DNA from: Octopus vulgaris
Taxonomy: Eukaryota
Assembly: GCA_951406725.2 (NCBI GenBank)
Contig: OX597819.1
Span: 20,088,001 to 20,152,000 of the forward strand
Direction: 5' to 3'
Length of the DNA: 64,000 nucleotides
The notes under the pieces: generated by a model
Databases searched by the model: none
What the model saw: the letters and a program-made list of their open reading frames with translations, nothing else
What the model was told of the DNA's origin: nothing
Translations under genes and position numbers: made by a program
Shown: positions 50,966 through 64,000 of the stretch, piece by piece
Layout of the letters: every line of letters starts with the position of its first letter
Numbering within the stretch: the first letter of the stretch is position 1

Positions 50966-53759
50966 TAATTACGATCATTTCCAGGTTCCCGCTTGATGTA
51001 TAACTACTAATCATATATTTCATATGATTATGTAATGAAATAGAAAGCTTTCTGCACCTACGTGGTAAAATGGCTGGTTATGCTAACGTATTCCGAAAGA
51101 AAATATAGAGAGAGGAGGAGGGCAAGGAGGAGGGCAAGGGGGAGAGGAAAACGACCAGGCAAACAGAAAGGGAAGCAAAAAGAGAGGAGATATAAAAGTA
51201 GATGATAGTTCAAATTTACGCAAACTTATGTAGATATTTGCCAATCGGCACAATTGTTCATTGCTGAATTTCTAAAGAAGACCCAGAATATCGATACAGT
51301 CTATTCTGTATTTATAAAATGGTAGAAATTGTAGAGAGGGAATCCACTCTTCAAGAAACAATGTGAAGATAGCGCAAGTAAAGCTATAATGGAAGCATCC
51401 CATTTCTAGATCTAGCATAACTGATTGCTCTTGTCCACCGAAGTGTTAAAATAATGATAACATGATATGACTTACCGACAAATTCATTCAGATAATTTGG
51501 AGTTCTGAGTATACTGCAATGGAATGCGTTAAAAGGTAATAATAAATATGTAAATGTTTTTAATATATAAAATAGTGCTAAGAAGGAATGTGTTCAATAT
51601 TAGCATTGGTTAGTATTGTATTGGTTACTGTAATATTTGTGCTTTCGCAGAAAGACAGCAAGAGAAATCTATCCTGACATTCATATCAGACAAAACTGTT
51701 CATCAGCTTTACAAACCCAGAAGAGTACATTACACCAAGAAAATTACATTTGCCAAAATGAGTAGATATTCTCTTTGCCTATAACTCTATTTAATTCTTA
51801 ATGCTGGAAAGATATTTAATTAACTATAAGCATGTTTTCAACAGCATGTCATATCTTCTAACGCAAGTCCTGTCACAGGCTAAACCAGGATAAGAATATA
51901 AATAACTGTTTCTATACATGTCAAAATCTTTTAAGACAAATTGAACATTTATACATTCCGGCATCTGAGTAAATAAAGAGAGCAATAGTATCATATAAAT
52001 CTGCACTCATGTCTCAAAAGCCACTTTAGATAGTGTTTTGAGACTATCAAATAAAAGGAAAGTGAAAATAATCTATGGAGACTAAGCAATATGTTCTGGA
52101 TTTATAGGATCACACTTTGCACAGCAACAATACATGGCTGACAGTGCTACATAATATATAACAGGTGTTAAAAATAACTGGATCTTTTTCTCCTATGATC
52201 TATTGGTGAAATACTGGAAGAAAAGAAAGGGCAAGAAATAATACAAACACAATATTTTTCCTCAATGGAATGCGTGAATAGTTCATTTTTAAAAGCATTC
52301 GCATGACCTCTACATCTGCAAGTGTAATAGAGACTCCGTTTCTTAGAGAAGGTCTCATTCGAGTGAATAATGTGCGCCCTTGCTTCCTTTATATGTCAAC
52401 GTAAATGAGAAAAAAAATCTAATCTCTCACCGCATAATATTTGTGATGCTTTTTGGAATGAGCACCAATAATATTAGCACAAACTTAGATATTGCTTTAA
52501 CTTGACGAGTTGGATGTCAAGTTCCGAGAAGGATATTTTAGAGCATAAGCTGTAATTATTATCAATAGCTTTGACTCTTGTTGTAGAGAAAGCGTTTGTA
52601 ATTACTTAAAATTATCTATAAATAAAAAATAAATAACTAACACACTCACACAAATTGAGAGATTGAAATATATTGACACGAGGGTCGGAGATGTAGAATA
52701 TTAAAAATAAGATACATGGCTTGCCGCGATTGACGTATGTGCAGCCACGCACGGCAAAACCTCTAAATCGCATATAATTATTCTGAGTGAAAGGCAGAAA
52801 CGTGTTTCTGGGTGGTTTCGTGGTAATTATTCAGAGTAGCAGGCATTCTAGACGCTGACCAGTATGTTTTACCTCTTTCTGTGTCTGTTAGTGATTGAGA
52901 GTAATATATATCTCTGTATTGATATATGTTCATAATGATATTGCCATTGTGATGCGCACGGTATCCCTCTCACAAATAACCGTCATGAGCGGTTATAAGA
53001 TAAATAATTTCTAAGCAAATGAATAAATGCCTAAGAAACGGACATATTGTTTATCCTGTAGTAATAGGACAGACTTCCAAAATATTAACAGAAATCCCTT
53101 TTGTACAAAAACAATCAAAACACAATTTTGTTTCTTAAATAAATCGTGATAAAATCTGAAACGGAGAGAGAGTAACAACTTCGAATAATAATGAAAGTAA
53201 ATAAAATAAAACACAAAATAATAATAGAAATAATAATAAGGCCGCAGATACAAGATGTAGTGTTTAATATGATGTTACGTGTAATCCTCAACCAGAGCTG
53301 GGCAAACGCTTTGATATTATCGTGACGTTTTTACATTTTCCTTAGAAGCTCTCAAAAATGCTATTTTCACGGGAATTTCGCGTATGTGTTGCCGTTATCG
53401 GGGAGGCTTTTGCTAAAAGTTTCACAGAGTAAAGGGATAAAGAGGAATTGAAGGATTTAGCTAGAAAATCCTCCGGTAATGGCGACGAATATTACCTCTT
53501 TTCATTTCTAATGTATATACGTGCTGACCAAAGCTTTTATAAACTAGACACCAAGCATATATTGATTCCGCCATTTTCCAGTATTCAAGACAGCCATTGC
53601 AATAAATGACATAGCATCACTTTTTCTATCCTAAACAGTAAAATACTTTCCTTAAATTTCATTATCACTGACCTGTTTTTATATATATTGCAATATACAG
53701 AAATGTATGTATGTATGTACGTATGCATGTATAAATATAAATAAATATATATACATATG

Positions 53760-53797
<38 letters not shown>

Positions 53798-53861
53798 TAT
53801 ATATATATATGTATATATATATATGTAAATATATATATGTATATATATATATATGTAAATA

Positions 53862-53915
<54 letters not shown>

Positions 53916-54599
53916 TGCATAGGTTCGTACGTGTGTGTATACATGTACAAACACGTATATGTGTTTCAGATATGAGGGTTATTATATATATGTAAGTGTA
54001 TTTGTGTATGATCTGCTGTTTTATATTGTATATATTTTTAAATGAAGTCAAACCATATATGTAAGTACGCACACACATTTGTATATGAACGTCCATACAC
54101 CTACTCACTCGCGCGCGCGCACACACACACACACACACACGCACAACTCTAAAGTGTTCACTTAATAGGTGTATCATTTGCGAATGAGCACGTGTAGGCG
54201 TCCACCATGTTTATGTTTGTGTAGGAGAGTAAAAGGAAAAAAAAAATGTCTGCATGTATTTGTGGATAATTTGTTTCGGATTCGGTTTGGATAGAGGAGG
54301 TTTTGGGAATATTTCGTTTACAAGAAACGTGAATGCCACATTGAAATCAATCTCATTTGCTCGTTGCCAGCAAATTACGACAAGAAATAGAAAAAAGAAG
54401 CTGAATTAAGCTTCGAAAAATGTGCTTCGCCCATAAGTGTAAGACTGGAATAATTCATAGATGGATAAACTGCAGAAATGATAAAACGGCCAGCAAACTC
54501 GTGCAATGCAAGTAACAAAAAGATCGATAAGAACAAGAAGATGAATATAAAGAACAACGTAATAATGATAATACAACAACTGAAAAGATAACAAAAATC

Positions 54600-54616
54600 A
54601 TGGTAATAATAATAAC

Positions 54617-54663
<47 letters not shown>

Positions 54664-54676
54664 CAACAACAACAAC

Positions 54677-54714
<38 letters not shown>

Positions 54715-54737
54715 TAATAATAATAATAATAATAATG

Positions 54738-54790
<53 letters not shown>

Positions 54791-55030
54791 AAGAAGAAGA
54801 AGAAGAAGAAGAAGAAGAAAAAGAAAAAGAAGACGAAGACAAGAAAGAAGAAGAAGAAGAAGAAGAAGAAGAAGAAGAAGAAGACGAAGAAGAAGAAGGA
54901 GAAGAAGAAGAAAGCGAAGGAGAAGAAGAAGAAGAAGAAGAAGAAGAAGAAGAAGAAGGAGGAGGAGGAGGAGAAAAAGAAAAAGAAGAAGGAGACGAGG
55001 GAAGAATGATAATAATGATAATAATGAGAA
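54600..55030. repeat. Compound (AAT)n/(AAC)n then (GAA)n microsatellite
   Basis: Seen directly in the sequence. Confidence 0.95.
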
Positions 55031-55290
55031 CAAGAACAATAAGTCCAACAATAATAATTCCAAATGAAAAAGACAATATAACAATTATTTGTCAATTCAT
55101 CGAAAAATAATAAGGAAATAAATAGACGTAAGCAGAAGAAAAAGATAAGAAAAATGTAGCGAAACATATATATATATATATATATATAAGCTGTGACAAG
55201 ATCGATTTAGTTCAGCAGAGTTTGAGTGGAATTAAATCCACTTTCATCCTTCATACATGCTTCTGAATCACAACAGCTGCCAGAATATGG

Positions 55291-55402
<112 letters not shown>

Positions 55403-55477
55403 CACATATAGATAAATATATACTCACACATACATATGCATACATAATATGTACACATATATATTTATATGTCTGTG

Positions 55478-55527
<50 letters not shown>

Positions 55528-55686
55528 TTATGCATGTATAGGCATATATATTTAAAATATATGTATATATATATTTACATACATGTATATAGGTATATAT
55601 GTATACACATATGTACATATATATATGTATATATATATATATACGTACAGATATATATATATATATATGTACGTACATATGTATGT

Positions 55687-55724
<38 letters not shown>

Positions 55725-56499
55725 TATATACATACATATATATATATGTGTGTGTATATGCATATGTATTTATATATGGTGCGTATGTATATATAATAGT
55801 AACTAGTAACAATATGTATACTACACACCCAATATATGCATTGCTTGAAGGCAGCAGGTGTGTATTTTTGTGTTCGTTTTAGTACCCATGTATATGTGCA
55901 TTGCTTATTGGAATCAGTATATTTAAAATATATGCTGCAGCTAAATATTTTCAACATTTAGGCATACACATACATCACTTACGGTCATACAAAAGAGTGC
56001 GCACGCCCGAACAAATAATCACGAACACGCAGGCGCACAAACTAAATCACAAACATTAATTCCTGTAACACATTTCTCATAGATGTATTCATCGCTCTTA
56101 TTTACATAATTTCGAAATAGTGAATCCCACTACGCGATGATAATTGCTGCATTTTAAGTTTCAATAGATTTTTGTTGTGTGTGGGGGAATATATTTGTAT
56201 GTGTGGCGTACACATACGTATGCACATACGCTCATACACACACATGAGTATTTAAGTCTGTAAGTATGTATATACATATATATTAATACATTTATGCATC
56301 CATATGTATATACGTGTGTTTGTATGTATATATGCGTATATATTCATATTTATATACATACACAAGAACACACAGGCACACACACACAAACACGCATAGG
56401 CAAACACTCACACAAACACACACAGACAGGTGTATTTATAATTGTATACATATACATATCTTTTAATATATTTATATATTGATATATTTATGTGTTTGT

Positions 56500-56538
<39 letters not shown>

Positions 56539-56925
56539 ATCATATATATACATACACAAACACAAACACAAACACACAGACATGCCCACACGCGCATATC
56601 TTATTTTATCTTCTGGAGAAAATAAAAAGCCCAGAAAAACTTAGTGACATGACTTGCTAAGTCATTTGAAAGTAAAGCGCAGTGGCATCATAACCCATTC
56701 ACGTATGGAGTAACTGATTGGTATATATAAGTGCTTTATTTATTATAATTCGAAGAAACTTGTATAGATATGATCTGAAGTTGATGGGATTGTGTTCTTC
56801 TTTGATTGGCTTTGGCATAATGTTAAGTAGAACAGGGCCTGTTTGGGTAAAAGTATTTGTATTACGTGTTTTCGGTCTGAATTATGAAAAAGGAGTAAGG
56901 CACGGGCCCACAGATGTGGATAATT

Positions 56926-57270
56926 TCAAAATCTGTCATATAATTTCTTATTAATATTTTGGGGATTGCTCTTTTGGTTGTCTGAACTCCCAGAGTGAGG
57001 AGGTTGGTCTGGGGAGACCACAGGCGCAAATATTTTCTTGGTATGACCGTACAAAGCATGGCAAAATGGGAATGATGTTATCCGGCTCTCTGAACTTGAA
57101 TGACCTGAGAATTTACAATTCAGAAGTTCGTTCTGCGAGCGATATTGACTTTGTTGTTGCGAGAACTTCAGAAGATATTGATGGAAATAGTTACTCATGA
57201 TATTAGGTGGAGGAAGTGTGTGTGGCTGTTTGGGCGCATTCTCTTTTAAAAACTGCTTGGGTTTGCGCAC
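56926..57270 (-). mobile_element. Possible decayed gag/ORF1 with two eroded CCHC zinc knuckles
   Basis: The ORF text LLNCKFSGHSSSES and FCHALYGHTKKIF resemble C-x2-C-x4-H-x4-C with some cysteines lost. Confidence 0.3.
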
Positions 57271-59187
57271 TGTTCTACAGCTTGCTGATCAGACTGGAGT
57301 TTTATTCGTTGAAATAAATTTGAATGATTAACAAACTTGATAAGGCTATCGCTCAAAAAAATTAGTCCCTCCAAATGCAGCACTGAATTTTCTCCTTCCT
57401 CGTTTCATGCATAAAGAGCTGCATTTAATATCGTCGACCAGCTTTTCCATACAATATGTTTGATCTTGTGTCTACGTTTGAAATCGTTATTAAGAGATAA
57501 GAAAATTGAAACTGAAGACACGTTAAGAGAGAATGTATTTATTTTAAGTTTAATTGCAGTTTATACGGTCAAAATAATAAGATTTAAAAGAAAAAGTGTT
57601 TAGTGCATTTATCTAATGCAACTACTTAAATGATAACTATGATAAAAATATGAGCCATAAAAAGTATGTGTGTGTGTGTGCGTGCGTGTATGTGTGAATG
57701 CAATATGTGTACAAAATCTGTTTATTATAGTGTATAATGTTATGCTTTTTAAATTAATACAATTTTCTTGGGAGAATGTAAAATGATAATATTTTTTGAG
57801 GTTGTGTAATTATTCAGTTAGCAATTAGAATTACACTTATAGTTATTTTGGAAATGAGCAATTTGTTTGATAATGTTGAAAATTATTTGAAAATTATTCT
57901 AAGTCTAAAAATATAGTGATAAAGTTGTTTTTGTAAGTGTTAATAGGTTTATTCTATTTATAATTTTTTCTTCCTTTTAGCTTAAAGGTATGTATTAAAA
58001 TAAAAAAAAACCTAAATGCAAAATGGTATATGAAATATTGCAAGTGTAATTTAATATGTATGCATGAGTCATCAATTTGTAAGAAAGTTTCCATTCAGGA
58101 TAAGATTAGAAGTGTTTATATAATTAGCTTAGCTGGATTAAATATGTAATTGGAATGGGGAGAGGTAATATCTATTTTAAAAACTTTTTGTAGGCTCATG
58201 CATTTTAGATCTAGCAGTGGATTAATATTTCATATTCTTTCATGCGTTTCTGCCCCAATTCTCCGGAATTGCCTGTAAGAATATTTAAAAATATAGTGGA
58301 ACATATATATTAATAAAGATAAGATCAAGTGATGCTTAGAATCTAGGAATGGATAATGTAAGGCTGAGAATTTAGTCAAAAATTGCTTTTATCAAATTTA
58401 TAAACTCTATTAAAACACATTTCGTAGATATTGACAAATTATTGTAAATAAAATTATCTCCAAACTTGTAGTCATTTTTTTACTGTATCTGAGTAAAATA
58501 TCACTAAATCATTCATTTTTTTAAAAATCTATTGTTAAAGAAACACATTTCAAAATATTACTCTTTGTTAATATTGTCTCTAACGTTATACTGCTTGTCA
58601 CGACTAGATCTGGATTTTCAGCTTTCAAAGCAAAATCACTTTTTTAAAACTAGACTGTAATTGTTATCATTATTACTTAGACTGCAAAGATTCCATTATA
58701 ATGTAATTTTATACAAGAGAAAAATATATCTTCTTCAAGCACTTCAACGATTGGATGAACAAATACTATATATTTCTTAAATGTCTTCATAATTTTCGAA
58801 GAACTCAAATTATTTTTTTAACATAGAAAAATATATCATATATCAAAACTTAACCAATTTGATGTACACATAACGTTGAATTGTAACTAATTTGTAAGAT
58901 ATTTTCAAACACATTTATATTACTCTCACATTATTCTCTAAAATATTGTATTACCTCTCTCATTAACATATTCATTCTACAAGATATCCATGGCAATGCC
59001 TCCTAAAGCCCACCCCAATACAAACACCAAATTTCTAATCGTGAAATGCTCAACTTACAGTCTCACCTTAAAAATTATTCTGCAATTAAGAAAAAATAAG
59101 ATTATAAATTAGCGTCTAAGACGAATAACTTCATCAATTTTTACACTCACACACGTATGTGCTTATACAAAGAAATACATAGACACA

Positions 59188-59250
<63 letters not shown>

Positions 59251-59903
59251 GCGCGCACACACACACACACACACATATATTTATAGAGAGAGAAGAAATA
59301 TAATTTAGTTTTTAAGTTCTGTAATTACATTAATAAAGCTATTTATATTTATTTTCTCCTGACTTTTATTTAAAATCAAATTTATGACAAACCTGAAGCA
59401 CATTCTGAGTTTACAATCAATGACCCGGATTAAAAATCGTAATTCGTGGATATCACGATCTCACATTTAAAACAGTTATCCCTCAATATATATATATATA
59501 TATATATGTATAGCATTTCGAGATCGCCATTTTCTTGTTTTCCCTAAAAACACCCGCGCTATATTCGTTCTTTACATCGTTTACTACTGTTCTTATTCTA
59601 ACTAATGTCCATTGTCCGGAAATCATTCGTCACACATCTGTAACATCTTCAGCGACACTTTCCGTCTCCGTGTGTGGTTTACTCTGCTTATTCCATGGAA
59701 TAAGCAGAGCAACAACACACATCCCGAAATACAATAATATTTCTTTCAATACACGACATCACCTGCAGTGTTCTTGCAACAAAAATTCACAAGCGTGTAT
59801 GTTTACATATGTATGTATATATACGCACACACACACATATAAATATAAATACATACATCTGCATGCAAATGAGTACATGTATATATATGTATACACATAT
59901 ATG

Positions 59904-59954
<51 letters not shown>

Positions 59955-60089
59955 CACGGAATTTTGTCATTGAAGAGGTCGCGGACTGAAAGCGACAAAA
60001 ATATTTTGGCAAATTAAATGTTCAAGTGAATCTCACGAGTTGTGTGCTTTGAAATAGGTTGTAAGCACCTTCCACGCTGTAACTGCTTT

Positions 60090-60090
60090 A

Positions 60091-60183
<93 letters not shown>

Positions 60184-60210
60184 GTCTATTTATCTCTCTA
60201 TCTATCTATA

Positions 60211-60242
<32 letters not shown>

Positions 60243-60249
60243 CATCTAT

Positions 60250-60293
<44 letters not shown>

Positions 60294-61035
60294 TTATCTA
60301 TCTATCTATATCTATATCTCTCTCTCTATATATATATACATGCATCCATGTGTATATACATAAATATATATGAATATATATATGCATATACATAGATATA
60401 TGTATATATATATATATATGTATGTTTATATATGTGTGTGTAAATATGTATGTATATCAGTGAGTGTATGTTTGTGTGCTTGTGCGTATTTGGATGGGTA
60501 TTTTTTCCGTTCCTGTACCATTTCATAATATAACCTCTCTATGTGTGTCACTGCATACAGTTCCTCTGATTTCTGCGCAACATTTCAGTTGTCATTTCGT
60601 TTTCCATGTCATATACTCTAGAATGGATTTTACATGTAATCTCATCCGGGCAAACTATACGCCAACCTATGTCATTCAGTGTCACCGATATGAATATATG
60701 AATATATTTTGAAAAAAATTACTACATTCTCAGCCATAATTTGCATTGATTTTGCAGTGGAAGTAGCATGGTACTTTTGTTTCTGAAATTGTAGCGACTG
60801 ATATATGTATATTCTAAATCATATCACGCAAACTTACAAATAATCATTTTATACATATCTCTCTATTTCTCTATGTATGTATGTATGTATGTATGTATGT
60901 ATGTATGTATGTATGTATGTATGTATGTATGTATCTATCTATCTATCTATCTCTCTATCTCTCTATCAATCTCTCTATCTCTCTATCAATCTATCTATCT
61001 ATCTATCTATATCTATTTATCTATCTATCTATCTA

Positions 61036-61070
<35 letters not shown>

Positions 61071-61205
61071 ATCTATCTCTCTATCTATCTCTCTCTCTAT
61101 CTATCTATATATCTATCTATCTATCTATCTATATATCTATCTCTCTCTCTCTCTATCTCTCTATCTATCTATCTATCTCTCTATCTATCTATCTATCTAT
61201 CTATC
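60090..61205. repeat. (ATCT)n, (ATGT)n and (TA)n microsatellite blocks
   Basis: Seen directly at 60090-60340 and 60873-61205. Confidence 0.93.
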
Positions 61206-61559
61206 TGTTTACGTAGCTATTAATATATCTGTCGAGATATCTGTCAGAATTTCTGTTTATCTGTCTTTCTGTTTGTCTAGCTAACTTTATGTCTCTCTGT
61301 AGCACAGTCCATCTGTCTCTCTCTATATATATATACATATGTGTGTGTGTGTTCATGTGTATGTATGTATGTGTTGATGTCTTTATGTATGAATATGTAT
61401 GCATGCATATACATACATACATATATTCTTGTAAACATAAACGTATATATGACACAGACATGTAAAAACCTGAAAACCTGCAACGCACACACACACACAC
61501 ACACATACAAATATATATATATTATGATCTCGATATTAATTTTGATGCGCACTCTATAC

Positions 61560-62260
61560 CTTACTGTCCCATCCCTTTCTCAGCCTTCATTCTTTGATTT
61601 CCTTTCTTCTACTTAACTGTCCCCCTCTCTCTCATTCTTCACTCTATCTCTCTCATCCTTCATGGTTTCCTCACAACCATTCCCCTTTCTTCTCTCCCAT
61701 TCTCTTGCTCCTCCTCCTCCCTCCCGTCGTTGACTGTCTTTTCTGGCCTGACCTTTTTGAGGTGTGGATGGCAATTTTCTTTGCTCCCTTCGCCGTTCAC
61801 AGAAAAATAGCGTTCGTAATACTTTATTTCGTTCGGCTAACAGCCCTTCTTGTCTTGTTATTTTATTTGTACTGTCGTTACTGTCCTGGTTTGGTTACCA
61901 TTTTTACCCCTCTGCAAAAAGATCTCAAATTTTATTTGATTTGCTTTTCGCAGGAAGGAAAGTTTCTTTCGAAGATACGTCTCGCCTTCACCTTCGAAAC
62001 GTAGAGTAGATGAAACCATGGCGACTGAAGAAGGGGTTTTTTCCTTGTGTTATTTGTCCTGTACTCTATTTTTTTGTTGTTTAAGAAAAATATCCAGTTC
62101 CTTGGGTTTGTGTCTATGTTTTCGTTTCTCATTGTGTTCGACTTTTTTTGGTGTCCTGTACTCATATATGCGTATATATATACATGTAGAGGTTGGTACG
62201 TACATATATGTATATATATATATATAAGCATATGTTTTATTTATTAATATATATATATAT
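61560..62260 (+). mobile_element. Family J repeat, copy 3 (longest), with a 5' pyrimidine-rich tract and a 3' (TA)n end
   Basis: Aligns with copies 1 and 2. The C/T-rich tract at 61560-61730 is typical of Penelope 3'/pLTR regions. Confidence 0.82.
61976..62036 (+). ncRNA. Non-circularly permuted hammerhead candidate, copy 3 (intact core)
   Basis: UACG-U-C|UCGCC-uuca-CCUUC-GAAA-CGUA-(16 nt)-GGCGA-CUGAAGA-AGGGG. Predicted cleavage is after 61981. Confidence 0.7.
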
Positions 62261-62448
62261 GCATATATATAAAGGAAATGAAGAAAATGCTGACAAAATA
62301 ATTTAAGTAAGGGAGAGTGTATTTAATTAGGTGAAAGTTCTTTTTACCGGTTGCGCATTTGTTATGCATATCAAAAGATATTTTTAAAGAGAGACAGAGA
62401 TAGAGTTCCTTTCTGATAGATTTTTTTCTCTTATCTGATAGATTTTTT

Positions 62449-62486
<38 letters not shown>

Positions 62487-64000
62487 TTAGGCTGAACGTT
62501 ACAAGCTGACGACATCCTCATGTTTCATCAGCTGAGCCTTAGAAGTTTACTCAGTAACAACAGCAATACATTATCATTGTAAATGGAATAAAAATCTGGA
62601 CAATCTTGAAATTAGATAATGTATATTGCCAGATGTGTGACAGAGAAATACGGTAACTTTTGATTTGACGGTTGTGTCACTAATTAAACGAACACATTAG
62701 TATAAATCGATAATATATTGGTGTAGGTAATTTTAGTTGACGAGACGTATGATGAAACGCCGCTGTTTCCGAATCCATTGCGCAAATCATCCGCGGGTGT
62801 TATGAACTCACTGTCATCGTAAATGTTTGTTGTACTCCTGTGGCGTTTCGTGCTCAAACTTGCTTGAGTGTTTTAAGAATAAGCATGTGGGATTGCTTCA
62901 GGTCTTACTGCATGCGATGTAAATAACAATTTTGCTTTCTTCTGTTGGGAGTTGTAAGTATCATTCAGCAAGAAATTTGTTTTCCGAATTTATAAACAAA
63001 TCTAGTGGCATGTTTATGCCCAAATCGTCCGGCTTATTCTAGTTGACGAAATTAGCACTTTGAAAACACTGGTGTCCCAGAAAACCTTGCGCCGATGAGA
63101 CGAGTGTTTTGTACATACTCTCGTTGTATAAATTCCTCTCTTCTAGCATAGTTTACATCGACAAGCATATTTGGAGCTATACACTGCCTTGACGTATTAA
63201 GCATAAATATATCAATAGTCTTTATAAAATACAAGGGAATTCAAAATGCGCTGTATACATTCTGAATCTTGAATTTTATGTCAAACGGTTGGGAAAAACA
63301 ATTATCTCCGAAACAAGTAAATATTTTATCATGTACCAGATGCGTGATGAAGTTTATGAAGAAAACTCATTAAAGCATCATAGTACGCTTATAACATCGA
63401 CCAACATATTAGCAGATATTTACGCGCACACGCACGTTTTGTATATTAGATACAAGGTTCGTATATTAGATTCTTTCACCGACCTCATTAGGAAATGTAT
63501 ATAAAAAAGAACTTTCTTATAGTTGGCGTTGTTGTGTTGCTATATTTTCGCGCTAAAACATCTAGCGGCATACTTCATATCCCCTTCAGCTATCTCAGTA
63601 CCGCTAGGTATGTCGTGTGTACCACCCTTTTTCTGATAACTACTTCATTAATATGGCACTACCCTCGACTAATTTTGCATGATATCATGTGAAATTAGCC
63701 AGTTTTCTTTTAAAGTGTTCACCTACTCATAATATCGTTTCCTTTACTTCCATCTCGTGGTCTATATTTTTTTATAAATCCAACGGATCTAGTATTGTTT
63801 TCTATTATCGAAAATCCAGTGTTATGCTCAACTGAACAGCTTACTTTCTGAATATACTTGCAATTGAATATCCTACCGACAACCCTAATTTTAACGTAAC
63901 CCTTAGAACGATACAGTTTGTCGTAAATCTCGCCGCTTTATTTAATGATTCAATGAAACCCCGGACATTTGCACAGCTTTAGTCTTCCCAATCTAACTTC

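Noticed and set aside
57700-64000. Possible very old LINE ORF2 debris (57700-59100, 63000-64000)
   Set aside because: Compositional impression only; no reliable motif.

Overview
AT-rich, microsatellite-dense animal (eukaryotic) DNA that is intergenic or intronic. The SINE families and repeat landscape most resemble an octopus/cephalopod genome; this is recognition, not a database result. I found no credible host protein-coding gene: nearly all listed ORFs are translations of (TA)n, (CA)n, (ATCT)n or (TTA)n tracts or of SINEs. The window contains many copies of four tRNA-derived SINE families, a CR1 LINE 3' end, two mariner remnants, a Helitron helicase remnant, Merlin-like and hAT-like MITEs and several decayed reverse-transcriptase fragments. 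The most interesting signal is a set of non-coding repeats, mostly next to (TA)n tracts, that carry hammerhead ribozyme motifs. (1) A family with three copies (202-261 minus, 36053-36112 plus, 61976-62036 plus) has all three hammerhead strands but in a non-circularly permuted, pseudoknotted order, with compensatory changes in stems I and III. (2) A 354-nt tandem unit has a type I hammerhead with a CCGAUGA core and a 67-bp inverted end (9213-9847). (3) A back-to-back inverted pair of type I hammerheads lies at 35043-35402. Further decayed ribozyme remnants are also present. All folds were derived by eye and need computational and biochemical confirmation.
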